Source of the DNA: Lama glama | Lineage: Eukaryota | NCBI GenBank assembly: GCA_028534125.1 | Contig: CM052816.1 | Coordinates: forward strand, 39,434,001-39,498,000 | Length of the DNA: 64,000 nt | Direction of reading: 5' to 3' | In this document: one piece after another, positions 25,141 to 38,208 of the stretch | Layout: each line of letters begins with the position of its first letter | How positions within the stretch are numbered: position 1 is the first letter of the stretch | Made by a program: the position numbers and the translations under genes | Notes under the pieces: model-generated | What the model was told of the DNA's origin: nothing | The model's database searches: none | What the model saw: the letters and a program-made list of their open reading frames with translations, nothing else

Positions 25141-25921
25141 AATCACGACAGGTGATAAACCGACAAAGCAAGGACTTAAACCATAAGAGAGAAAGGATAG
25201 GCAATCAATAAGTTAGTTTAATAAATAAATGGACATAAACAGATAAATAAAAGGTAGATAGAAAAACTAATAAATAGATATCCAGTCTTTAAATTATTCC
25301 TTCTGAGAACCTTGTTCAGTCCAGTATGATGTGTAAAGCAATGGATGCTTATTAAAGGAGAAAGAAACTGAGTAGCTAACCATGTATACAGCTGCTCAGC
25401 ATTACATAAACTATTAGCATGAGAGTTTGATATAGACTTGAATGCACTAGAGAACCTCTAGAATCACTAGGATTAAGAATAAGGAATCATATCTTTGAAT
25501 TCAGTCCTTCCAAAACAAGAGTAAACATTTTGCAGAGCACTTTCGCATCATACTGTAGCCACCACAGCCTACTGTAAAGCACATACGAGTTTAATACTTA
25601 TGTTCCGGCAGCCTGTTCTGTGTTAGTACTGCTCACACTTTATAAGTGCAGAAGTCAAACACAGCAATGAGCAGCAAAAAGCAAGACAGAGGGAAAAGAG
25701 GACAAACTCAGTGGTTAGGAAGATCTGGCCAAGTGGATGAAAGAGATGGCAATCTCCAGTTACCAAAAAAGATAATTAGTATAATAAACCCTGTTGAACA
25801 GTTATTTTAATAGTCTGAAAGAGCTGGCATGCTAACCAAAGTAACTTTTTTCCAAGAGTACTTAATTTACAGAGAGAATTTGCTGATTAGATCTTCTGAA
25901 ATGTATAGGTTCTCTATTTTT

Positions 25922-26448
25922 TGTGATGACAGCTTTCTTGATTTCTGCCAGTGACTTTCAGTTAAAGACATCCAGGAACACATCAGAAGTGAACAAACCA
26001 GGCGCTCACCTCGCCAAGGGAGAGCATACAGCATGGGAGAATGTGGAGTTTCTCATTATAGGGTGTTAGAATCTGCTATGGGATTTAAGTTTTGGTTCGA
26101 TGATTGGGGGGAAGGTCTAACGAAGAGGGGGCTCTCTAGAATGGACACTGTCAGAAAGCAGGGGCAATGCTATGATTGGGTAAAGGAGGAGCAGGCACTT
26201 GCATAGTATCTAAACAAGGAGAATGTGTTCTGGTGGGTGGTAGAGTGACATTGTTTTTTGTTTGCTTGTTTTTAGACAAAATTATGAAGTGGTCTTGCTT
26301 TTTTTTTTTTTTTTTCATTTGATTATGTCTCAGAGTAACCTTGTCTGAAATTGGTATATTGTGAGATTGTTGATCAAATGGGAGAATAAATGCCTAAATG
26401 TGATGGTCAGACCAGCTTCAGAATGTCAGGGGCTTCTCTCTCTCTCTC
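25922..26448. mobile_element. Old ERVL-type solo LTR (MER76-like)
   Basis: Resembles MER76 as I recall it (agggtgttagaa, ctgtcagaaagcaggggcaatgctatgattggg, atgtcaggggcttctctc...tca). Confidence 0.55.
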
Positions 26449-26999
26449 AAATAATTGTCAAAACTTTTTAGCAAGGAAAATTAGCCTACATGTTGCAGAC
26501 ATGTATAAGTTTGATAAACTATGTAAATTAGAGGCAAAATCTAAAAATATCCTACTCATGAATATACAGAAGGAATAAAGGTTATTCAGCACAAATATTA
26601 AGTTATTTAATACAATCCTAAATAATTTTTAATTTTAAATATATTATTTTTCAGAAGTTGTTATTTCTTCTAATGGCCAAGACATAATTTCTAGTAATCA
26701 AAACGCCTTCACATCTTGGAAATAGATGCCATAAACAATCTGTTCACAAAAAAGCAAATTCAGTAAGTTCAATATTTACATATTAAAAAATACATAATTT
26801 TAATGAATATATTAATAATATAAAATATTCTGTATAGTATACAGATTTGATTATTTATGTCATTTTGTTCGTATTCTTTGTAGCTCAATATCTTCATAAA
26901 TTTAAGTGACTGAATTTTTCCACATCATTTTATCAGAAGCAGTATTTTTCTGTTTTCCTTGTTTTCTCTACAAAACCTATCTTTTGCCACATTAACTTT

Positions 27000-29610
27000 T
27001 AAAAAATAGACTACTTTTTGGAACAGCTTTAGGTTTTCAGAAACATTGAGAAAACAGTAGAGAGTTGCTATTTACCCCGCACCCCATTCCCCTGTTAATA
27101 TCATATGTTAGTATGGTACACTTGTTACAATTTAGGATCAAATGTAATTATTAGAGTTGACAGGTTAACCATATTTCCTCATTTTTTTACCCATTGACCT
27201 TTATCTGTTCCAGGCTCCCATCCAGGGTATGAGTATACGTTTAGTTCTGTCTCCTTTGGCTCCTGTTGGCTGTGACATTTTCTCAGATTTTTCCTTGTTT
27301 TTTGGGTGACCTTGAGGAGTTTTGAGGAGCACTTGTCAGGTATTTTGTATGATGCTGATCTGTTGGAATATTCAAACGTTCTCCTTTTACGTAGACTGGG
27401 GTTGAAATTTAGGAAAAAGTACTGCAGAGGTAAACTGACGTTTTCATCATATCATACCAAGGATATGCATTATCAACATGCTTTATCTTTGGTGATACTG
27501 ACCTTAATCACCTAAGCAGTATTTGTCAAGTTTCTCCACTATAAAGTTACTCCTGCACAACCCTTTTTAAACTCCATACTGCATTCTTTGTAAGAAAAGA
27601 CACTGTGCGCAGCCCAGTCTTCAGAAATGGAATCATGCTCTCCCTCCTCAGGGCACAGTATCTATATACATTATTTGGAAATCTTTTGCATAGAAGATTC
27701 GCCTTTTCTCTCACTCATGTTTAATTATTCAACCATTCATTTATATCAGTACGAATTCATGAATATTTTATACTTAGGGTTATGACCTAATACTACTGTA
27801 TTGGTTTTCTTGCTCAAATTGTTTCAGCTTTGGCCATTGGGAGCTTTTTCAGTTGGCTTCTTTGTTTCTTTAATATATGCCCATCTATGTATGTGTGTGT
27901 GTATTTATTTCTATGTGTGTATACTTTTTAGTGCATCCTTATTTTTTGGCAATACAAGGTGCTCCAGGCTCATCTTGTGTATCAGTCATTTTCCCAAAAC
28001 GCTCTGGTTCCTTTTATTCAAGAAGGGTATTAGAAATCAAATTCTGGGTGCTGGGTGTGTCATTGCTACTGGGTTATCACATACTCTAGGCCCCCTCAGC
28101 TGAAAGAGCAAGAAAATATATGTCTGTCTAGCAACCCATGTTTACACACACATCCATAAATAGTTGTATATCTACCCATCAATATCTATATAAGGTACAT
28201 ATGAGTTCATATTGATGTCTTCAACTCAAGTTCATTACCACATCAGTCATTCTAGACTATTTCTTTTGCTTATCTGTAAATTCCTACTCCAATACTGAGG
28301 AATCTGGCTCCTGTCATCCAGAAAATATTTGACTGTTCAGTTTCAGTATACATGCATAGCAGTATCAGAATTTTAAACTTGTATTCTCATGGGACAAGAC
28401 TTTATGAATTAGAGTACAGTGTTTATGTTCTTTTTCTCACAGAGCTAGTCATACCTAAAGTTACTATACTAAGGTCCACACTTTGATACCCCAACCGTCA
28501 TCATTAATGCTGTTCAATATGTGTGTAATGTGGATACATTGTTTTGTCACAGAATGTATTCCATTTCCAGATCCTCTGTTCTCTGAAATGTTTTTTAAAC
28601 TTGCATACATTAAGGTTTGGTTTTTAAGTCGTATAGTTCTAAGTGTTTTGATAAATGATGAATGTCATGTATCCATCACTACAATATTATACAGAATAGG
28701 TTCATCACCCAAAAGAAAATCACCTAGTCAACCCTTCCCACATGCTCCTAAATCTCTGGAAAATTCTGAAATTTTTTTCCCCCAGAACATTCCTATATTT
28801 TTTCTTTTCCAGGATGTCTTACAATTGGAATCACACTGTATATAGCCTTTTCAGACTGGCTTATTTCACATCAAGATACGTGTTTAAGATTCCTCCATGT
28901 CCTTTCATGTCTTGCTAGCTCATTTCTTCTGATTACTGAGTATTATTCCGTCATGTGGAGGTACCACAGTTTGCCTATCTGTTTTCCTACTGAAATAGTA
29001 CATCTTGGTTGCTTTGTCATGAGAGATGAATAGGGCTGCTATAAGCCATCGTGTGCAGGTTTTGTGAAGACTTAGGTTTTCAAGTAAATACCTAGGAAAG
29101 TGACTGTTGGATTACATGGTAAGATAAAGTTTAAATTTTTAAGAAACTGCCAAACTGTTTTCCAGAGTGGCTCTGCCATTTTGCATTCCCAGCATCAGTG
29201 AATGAGAATTCCTTTTGCTCTACTTCATTGCCAGCATTTAGTATTCTCAATTAAAAAATTTTTATCCATTCTGCTAGGTGTGTAGTATTCTCATTGTTAA
29301 TTTGCAGGTACCTAATGACAAATTATGTTAAGCACCTTGTCATATGCTTACTTCTCATCTGTGTGTCTTCTTTGATGAGGTATTTGTTTAGGTCTCTTAA
29401 ATTTTTAATTGTTGTTTTCTTATATGAGTTTCAAGAGTTCTTTTATATTTTAGATAGCTTTTTTCAGATACATGTTTTCTAGATATTTTCTCCCAGTCTG
29501 TGGCTTGTCTTTGATTCTTTTAAGAGTATTTTTTTGCAAAGCAGAAAATTCTTGTTTTTTGAAGTTCAGTTTCTCAATTTTTTGCTTTCATGGGTTATTG
29601 TTTAGGTGTT
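27000..29610 (-). mobile_element. Ancient L1MC/L1MD-type 3' region
   Basis: A long antisense 3' UTR (gaccttgaggagttttgaggagcacttgtcaggtattttgta) continues into the ORF2 C-terminus (ttttaagaaactgccaaactgttttccagagtggc). Confidence 0.8.
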
Positions 29611-29627
29611 GCTCACATCGTCTTTTT

Positions 29628-32300
29628 AAAATAATTGAGGTATAAGTAACATATGACATTATAGTAGTTTCAGGTATAAAACATAATTTAATATTTGTAC
29701 ATATTGTGAAATAATTGCCACAATAAGTCTAGTTAAAACCCATCACCATACATAATTATATAATTATTTCTTGTGGTTAGAGGTTTATAAATCTACTTTT
29801 TTAGCAACTTTCACTATGTATGCAGTATAGTATTATTAACTATACTCATCAGTGCCGTATGTTACATCTCTGTGACTTATTTATTTTATAATTGGAAGTT
29901 TGTATAATTGTCTTCCTTAGTCTGATTTATTTCACTTACCATATGCTGTCAAGGTCATTCCATGTTGACACAAAATGGCAAGATTTCATTTTTTCTTATG
30001 GCTGAGTAGTGATCCATTGTGTGCATGTTTGTGCGTGTGTATGTGGGTGAAAGAGAGAGAGCCAGAAGCAGGAGATAAATCATTTTCTCCTAAATCTGCT
30101 TTGGAAACACATTCCCCCCATATATTCTTTATCCATTCATCCACTGATGGACATTTCGGCTGTTTCCATGTCTTGGCTATTGTAAATAGTGCTGCAGTGA
30201 ACATGGGAGTGCATGTCTTTCTGAATTAGTGTTTTTGTTTTCTGGAGACAAATACCCAGAGGTAGAATTGCTAGATCATATTGGTGGTTCTATTTTTAAT
30301 ATTTTAAGGATCCACGTACTGTTTCCCATGGTGGCTGTGTCAATTTACATTCCCATGAACTGTGCGCAGGGTTCCTTTGTCTTTACATCCTGGCCAACAT
30401 TTATTATTTCTTGTCTGATTGGTAATAAACATCCTAACAGGTGTGAGTTGATACCTCACTGTGGTTTTGATTTGCATTTTCCTGATGATTCCTGATGTTG
30501 AGAATTTTATCATACACCTATCAGCCATCTGTATGTGTTCTTTGAAAAATGTCTATTCAGATCCTCTGCCCATCTTTTGATTGGATTGTTTGTTTTTGGC
30601 TATTGAGTTGTATGAGTTCTTTATATATTTTGAATATTAACCCCTTATCAGATACATTATTTTCAAATATTTTCTCCCATTCAGTAGTTTTCCTTTTCAG
30701 TTTGTTTTCCTTTGCTGAGCAGAGCTTTTTAGTTCGATGTGGTCCAACTTGTTTTTATTTTTGTTGCCTTTGCTTTTAGTGTCAAGTCCAAAAAATCATC
30801 ACAGACCTATGTCAAGGAATTAACAGCCTATGGTTTTTCTAGGATTTTTGTTTCAGGTGTTACTTTCAAGTTTTTAACCCATTTGAATTAATTTCTGGGT
30901 GTGTGTGGTGTAAGAAAGTGGTCCAGTTTTCTCACCACCATGTATTGAAAAGACTGTCCTTTCCCCATTGCATACTTTTGGTGGTTTTGTTATAAAGTAA
31001 CTGAGCATGTGAGCATGGGCTTATTTCTGGGCTCCTGTTCTATTCCATTGATCTATGTGTATGTTTTTAAGCTAATACTATACTGTTTTGGTTACTCTAG
31101 CTTTGTAATACAGTTTGTAATCAGGGAGCATGATGCTTCTAACTTTGTTCTTTTTTCTCAAGATTGCTTTGGCCTTTGGGGTCTTTGTGAATCCATACAA
31201 ATTTTGGGATTGTTTGCTTTATGTCTGTTAAAAAAAAAGCCATTGGAATTTTGATAGGGATTGCATTGAATCTGCAGATTGCTTTGGGTAGTATGTAAAA
31301 TTTAACAATATTAATTCTTCCAATCCATGATCATAAAATAGCTTTCTATTTATTTGTATTATTCAGTTTATTTCATGAATGCCTTAGAGTTTTCAGGGTA
31401 TCGAATTTTACCTCCTTGGTTAAATTTGTTCCTATGGATTTTACTTTATATTTTGATGCATTTATAAATGGGATTGTTTTCTCAATTTCTTTTTTTGGTA
31501 GTTTGTTGCTAGTGTATAGAAACATAACAGATTTCTGTATGTTGATTTTGTATCCTGCAACTTTACTGAATTGCTGATTATCTCTAACAGTGTTTGGGTG
31601 GAGTCTTTAGGGCTTTCTCTCTGTCATTCATGTCATCTGCAGATAATGACAGTTTTACTTCTTCCTTTACTATGTGGATGCCTTTTATTTCTTTTACTTG
31701 CCTAATTTCTCTGGCTAGGATTTCCAATACTGCGTTGAATAAAGGTGGTCAATTCCTGTCCTATTTCTGATCTTAGAGGAAAAGCTTTCAGCTTTTCATT
31801 GTTGAGCATGATGTTAATTAACTGTGGGCTTGTCTTATATGACCTTTATCATGTCAAGGCATATTCCTTCTACACCCACTTTGTTGAGAATTTTCATCAT
31901 AAATGGACGTGGAGTTTTGTCAGTTGCTTTTTTCTGCATCTACTGAGATGGTCATATAAATTTTACCCTTCATTTTGTTACTGTGGTATATCATGTTGAT
32001 TGATGTGTGGATGCTGAAACACTTTGCATCCTGGGAATAAATCTCACTTGACCATGGTGTATGATACTTCTAATGTATGTTGGGTTGAATTAGGTTTGCT
32101 AACATTTTGTTGAGGATTTTTGCATTTACAATTATCAGGGATATTGATCTTTTTTTTCCCTTGTGGTGCCCTTGTCTGATTTTGTTACTAGGGTAATGAT
32201 GGCCTTAAAAAACAAGTTGAAAGTGTACCCTCTTTTGTTTTTTGGAGGAGTTTGGGAAGGATTGCTATTCTTTTCAGAATATTTAGTAGAATTCACCAGT
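29628..32300 (-). mobile_element. L1 3' UTR plus 3' half of ORF2 (decayed)
   Basis: Minus-strand ORF remnants MFTAALFTIAKTWKQPKCPSVDEWIK and [20 protein letters not shown]. Confidence 0.92.
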
Positions 32301-32679
32301 CTTGATCAAAATACAGATCACAAACAATTAAGAAACATTCTTCTGATATGACTTGAGAATAGTGCTTTCTATGGTTTTTCACAATAGAGGCTCATTATTT
32401 AGTAGACATTGATGTGCATTAATTTTATGACCTGTTAAAGAAGGATTACTATACTTTTCTTGGGTATCTGTTAAGATGCCTTTATTTCAACCATGTCATC
32501 TAATATTCATGACTTCTGTCTACTGCTATTATGAAGAGACATCAGGATTGTAATGAACTGCCAGCTTTTTATCCTTGAAAAGCAATTGGTAAAACTATTC
32601 AAAATTTAGAATGACTCTCTGTCTTACTTTAATATGAAGAATGATGCCCTGAACACTTACCTAATGCTAACTAACACTT

Positions 32680-33171
32680 TAAGGTTAGCAAATGAGTCTC
32701 CTTTAAATATAAAGTCTGGGTGCTTCTCAAAGGGCTTCTTCTGTGCTGGGCACTGGAGTGAGTCTGTGTGCGAGCCTTTATGAGCTGTTTCTCAGTTCAC
32801 CACGGCGCTGTGTGTCTTGAGTGCAAGCCCTTGGGTTTTGGGGGCTCATCTCAGGTGCATGTCTTAAGTTGGGATGCCTGATGTGAGGTACAAACCCTTT
32901 GTTCCTAGGGCAGAATCCTTGGTTTTGAGTTCCCTCCCAATTGTAGGTTGCCATACTGGTGATAGAGTTTATGGGGCAAGATTCTGTCTCAGCCTTTTCT
33001 GCCTGCTTCAGTGTGGTTTTGTTCTCATTTGCCTAATGTCAAGGGGATATTCCACTGGCTTTTAGGTTTTTTTAGAGGAATTTTTTCCATATATAGCTGT
33101 AGATTTGGTGTATCCAGGTGAGGAGGCATGTTCAGGATCTTCCTGCATCGCCATCTTGCACTGGAATGTGT
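32680..33171 (-). mobile_element. L1 5' UTR fragment, probably the 5' end of the 29628 element
   Basis: The minus strand begins ...caagatggcgatgcaggaagatcctgaac, a YY1-type L1 start. The flank acatcttctcttt (33172-33184) matches acatcgtcttttt (29615-29627) at 11 of 13 positions. Confidence 0.65.
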
Positions 33172-33619
33172 ACATCTTCTCTTTAGATTAAATCAACCAG
33201 CCAGTTTTATCAAATTAACTAGGCTTAATGAAGTACATCTTCTTATTCAGAATTGTGTTATTATCAGCTTCTGGCAGTTATTTTAATAATGACTGCATTT
33301 TAATGGTTAGTGCCATGATTCCTAGAAATTAACAGTTCTCTACAATAACCAACCATGGCATTGTTTCAAGTTTTTAGTGTGTTTCTTCTTCCTCTCTTCC
33401 TCCCTCCTTTCTTTTCTGCTTGTTTCTGGTCTGGGGGCATTGAATTCCTTTACAGAGCTAACACGAACATTAACAAGATAAGATGTAAACATTAGCTTTT
33501 GTGTAACAGATGCTGAGTGACAGACAACTAAGAATTCAATTAAAGCTATAGAAGAAGTTGCAGTTCATCTCACTAACCTTTTTTCTAAATACTCCTCAGA
33601 GAAGTCCACAGGAACCAGT

Positions 33620-34103
33620 GAAGATCTCTCTGCAGCTATGTGGAGAAACAGATCTGTGTGGTGCAGAGTGGACTACGGACTTGCAGGAAAATGCACAGTT
33701 CTGCCAACTGACTCCTGAATGGATCCAGCACAATGTTTGCAGTAAGGCCGTTCTTTGCTCAGGCTACTCCTAGTCAATGACTGAGCATGACTAATTTAGG
33801 GCCACTCCTGTGGGATAGAGGACTCTCTTCATGAGTAACTAACTCAGCTTGAGCATACTCACCAGCAGACTGGTTAAAATTTCTCAGGGCCGTGCTGCAG
33901 CACTTCCTAGCCTGTCTTTTTCGACTTTCCTCTCTCTTCTCACAAGTATCAATCTGTATCAACTCTGGATTCTCCATGTTTACTTCTGCTTCCTCTTTAT
34001 CTTCACTAGCATTTCCTCTCTACCCCTGACTCCGCTCAAGTATAAATCTTGTGTATCTAATCCTGTTCTGGTGCCTGCTTCCTGGAGGAACTGAATTAGC
34101 ACA
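33620..34103 (+). mobile_element. Old ERVL-type LTR remnant
   Basis: The 3' end gcctgcttcctggaggaactgaattagcaca resembles old ERVL LTR termini. The left boundary is uncertain. Confidence 0.4.
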
Positions 34104-34214
34104 CTGTTCAATTAGATTATAAGGTTTTGTGGAGTAGGAATAGTATATTTCCTTCGTGTCCTCAGTTATATGTCAATGCCTCCTTCATAAAGCCCTCTAG
34201 AATTTAAGTAAAGT

Positions 34215-34843
34215 TGATGCAGGAAAACAGATGTGGGGCGTGAGGAGGGCCGAGTCCCAGGTCTCGGTTGAGCCCCAGGGACGTGCCCTGCCAAGTGTGG
34301 GTCCTTGGCTTCACGCAGGAAAGAATTCAAGTGCGAGCCACCGTTGAGTTAAGGTAGATTTATTTAGAGAGACACACACTGCATAGAGTATAAAGCAAGA
34401 GAAAGGCAAGGAAAGAGGTGTGGGAATTTGGTGCTCAGGTTAAATTAAAAGTAGATACGCAACCCATAGAGTGCAGGCTGTCTCAGAAGGGGAGAGAGAG
34501 CACAAAGGGCCACTAGGCATGGTGGTGTCACTTTTTATGGTCTCGGTAGCTTCACATGCCTACCAGTGGGATAGATCCAACTGCCCTGGGGAAGGGGCTG
34601 GGATTCCCAGGAACTGGGCCACCACCCATCCTTTGGCCTTTTGCATTAGCCTTAGGGCTGTCATGATGCCTGCGGGCATGTTATTTGATCACCCTGTTAC
34701 AATGAGCATATATAATGAAGCTCAAGATCTACTAGAAGTTAAACCTTTTAATCCTCAAGGCCACCTAGAAGGTGAATCTTCCACCATTTTGGTTGCTGTC
34801 ATTCCTTGAGTGGCTGTGCCCTGCCCCCTTCCCTCCTGTCTCA
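34215..34843 (-). mobile_element. MER41-like ERV1 solo LTR (different subfamily)
   Basis: tg..ca ends and a perfect 4-bp TSD aagt (34211-34214 / 34844-34847). Shares segments with 10199-10786. Confidence 0.88.
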
Positions 34844-36182
34844 AAGTGAACAGCTTTTATTCACATACGGCATCTCTCCATGCCATGTGAACCAAGAGTA
34901 AGATACTTATAAAATGTTATGATTAGCTTAAAGACTCACTCAATTTCCCATATCAATTTTATTATAGAAAATAATTTTTTCGAATCTCAAATTTCAGCAC
35001 TAAAATAACGGTAGTGGTTGTATCACTCCACAATGGCCACTTTTCAATAGTGAGCATTAAAGTCAAACTGATTCCTTGTAAAACTCTTGTTTATCAGTGC
35101 ACTTTTTATTTAAGCATGAGGTAAGTATGGGATTTTATAATAAGTTATAAACATACTAATGCTTTAATATGCTTTCCAGCAAGTAAAAAATAAGTTGTTC
35201 TGGTTTTACTGTTAAAGTCTGGGATCTTATTTATCTTTCACAGTAAATAGGACTAGAAAGAAATTTCAAATCTATACTTATTCCCATGGAATTTCTACAT
35301 TGTGGAAAACCTCAGTGTTTGCTTGAGAAGATTAGTGTGAAGATTCATGATGTGATATTTACGAAGTCTTCTTAGAATGACTAATGTGTTCATTCTTTCT
35401 CTCCCACTGGCCCAGAGGTGACTTGACTTAGCTTTCCTAGAACAGGCCCCTGTTTCTAGCCAAGAATTTTAATCGGTGCTCAGCTCTGGGAACTCTTCAT
35501 AAGGTATTGTCTGGAATAGTCTCAGCACTGCCACATGATTGTTTCTTTGAACTGAATGGAGAGCAGTAATTGGGCAATCTTCATTGAGAATGTAAAATCA
35601 AAGCTGTGTGCCAGAAACAAAAAATATTCCAGAGCTGTAATGTATCTTTTATTTCCATTTGGTGCCTGGTTTTTGCAGCTACTTACAAAGATTTTTCTTT
35701 GGACAAAGAGCATAAATAAAACAATGAATGTTTTCTGCAACGGTCTGACTTGCTGCTGTTAGTGTATGACAAATAACTCTCACCCTGGGGCTTAAAGACA
35801 GAGGCTCTCACCCAGTCATTTGAAGCCATCTCTTGTGAGTACTTCCCAGCCAGTTGGCTTGGTATTGCTGTTATGGTTCAAAAGTGGACAGTTTTTAGTA
35901 TCTAGAACATTAATTTGAGTCATCTTAGATGTGCAGCAACAATTGTGCAGAAGAATATAATTTAGGTCATAATGGAACACACTGATTATAATAATTGGTA
36001 GTGTTGACCAATTTTCAAAGTTAAAAGATCTTCAGCAGTGTTTTCTTTTTCTTGTGATATGAGTGCACATGCTGTTAGAGCTGAAAACTTTGTTGTTGGC
36101 AGTGTTGCTGCTGTTTGGGAAAGAACGAACGCTGACATGTTACGAAAAGCAGGGTCGTTGATTTTTTTTTTACTCTTCTCAG

Positions 36183-36224
36183 TGGAGCCATTGATAGAAA
36201 ATGTACTTATAGATTCTAATTTTG
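36183..36224 (+). other. Candidate small exon
   Basis: Acceptor tttttttttactcttctcag| and donor ttg|gtatgt. Confidence 0.22.
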
Positions 36225-38167
36225 GTATGTCAGAGTAATAGAAATACAATATTTCTGGTATTAAAATAATTCTATTTGAGTGACTTTAGGAGTTTGCTGA
36301 GCTTCTTAACGTGAGCCCTTTAAAAAGTCCTCTTAATAAGAAACATACTTTAGAATAAAGATATCACCTGTTTATGAAATATATATCTAGCAAGAAAAAA
36401 AAATCACTTACTTGAGCTGTTTTCTATTTGGGTCTCCAGAGTTACTTTGTTTTCTATTCCCTTCTATACATATTACTTTTGCCACTGTGAATAGTTGTGA
36501 CACAGCTCTGAGGGGCAGCATTTGTGTATGTTTAAGGATAGCGTTCCACAATATGGAAGCAGAATGACTTGATGGGAGGCCAGTATTTTTTCAGTTTACC
36601 TAGAGACACCATTAGGTTAGATTCTCTTTTTTGGGATTAATGTTTTAGTAGATTCCTTTCATAGTATTTATCTTCTTGAGATACATTAGTTTTTGAACTT
36701 AAAATCTGAACCTTTGGGCCTATCAACTTGCTTGTTGTAATAACACAAAAATATTGGCTAAACTTCAGTCAGATTGGATTGAAACTGAAATTGGTAGGGC
36801 AGAGAAAGGAGGATATAAGAGGAGCCACATCCTGTTTCCTTCCCACAGCTATCTCCTCATTCTCTTCCTATAGCAGGGACTGCCACAGCGGGGAGCTGGC
36901 TAACTCCCAACAGTCACCAGCCAATTCTCACTCCTCTGAAGGGAGGCGAGGAAGATGCTGTAACCACAGCAAGCCATGTGACCCAGCCGTAGTCTCTCCT
37001 CACGCTCCTCCCTCATTTAATGCATCCTGTGAGAAGGAGCTTCGTTTCTCTGGTAGCTTTTAAAGCAAAGCCTTTAGTTTTACGTATTTATTAGTATTCA
37101 AATTCCTTTAGTAGTCAAAATCTTAAGTCTTCTGTGAGTCTTTCCACAGTGTCGGGAAGGGCTGTTTTCGGATCAGAAATCAATGAGGACTTTCCCGCCA
37201 CCAGGGCTTCTCCTGATGCAGGAAGAGTTTGTTTTCAATTCAATGCCCGCACCTCTGAGAGTTGTATTCTATGCTGATGATCTGTTCAGGCCAGGTGCTT
37301 TCTGATGTAGAACGTTGCAGCAGAGGGTGATCTTCTCAGCCTGACACGTGGTAGTTGGGTACAATAAGAACGTCTTATTTAGTGTGGTGGGCTAAGGGGT
37401 CCAGATCTAACAGAATTCTCCTAAATTACTGGTTGAGACATTTCTGTTACCTTCATGTGCACTTCTCTTGCCTAAGTTTAGGTATGAAGTCCACTCCCTG
37501 GGAACTGCTTGTCAGTGACAAGTGGAACTTTACAATCAAATTTTTCTATTTAAATGGCCCAAAACTTCTTACCTTAATAAAAATAGATGGTTCCATTATA
37601 TTCCTTTTCAGATGATTTTCCCTTTAAACTTTGGTTGTGTGTGAGGTTGCCTGCATCTTACGTGGTTCACCAATGGCGTTCCCCAGTTGCACTTCTACTG
37701 TACGTAGCAGACGGGCCTGCGGTCGCTCTGTGAGTATCCTACCTCGCATGTTTGGTTGCCTTTTCCATGTCAGCTTCAACCACCATTGCTCTGTCTCAAA
37801 GACAATTTCCCATGGATCTGGATAATGACTGATTAGAACAGCAGGTGCAGGGATCAGCACATGGTGCAGCCCTATTTTACTCTCTGATGAGCTGCTCAAG
37901 ATAATTTGAAAAAATGCTGTAATTACAATATGTTTTTCAGATGCCATTTTTGGACATAAATATTAATAACCATAGAACCTCAATATTACGTGATGAACCC
38001 AAAAGGCTTAATGACCCCAAGGGAAAAAGTGGTTTTATAACCACATAGGATCTAGTACAGCAGATAAAGTTTAGTGTATAATAGAGATTACTGAGGTTGT
38101 TTGTGAAATAGGTACCTCCTCTCCACCCTGAGTGTCTTCCCTTTTTATGTTTTCCCCTCTAGCTGGC

Positions 38168-38198
<31 letters not shown>

Positions 38199-38208
38199 TG
38201 GGGGGGGG
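38168..38208. repeat. (TG)n microsatellite followed by a G run
   Basis: Directly visible. Confidence 0.9.

Noticed and set aside
37624..37947. 107-aa minus-strand ATG ORF
   Set aside because: There is no recognisable homology, and the length is within chance expectation for 64 kb.
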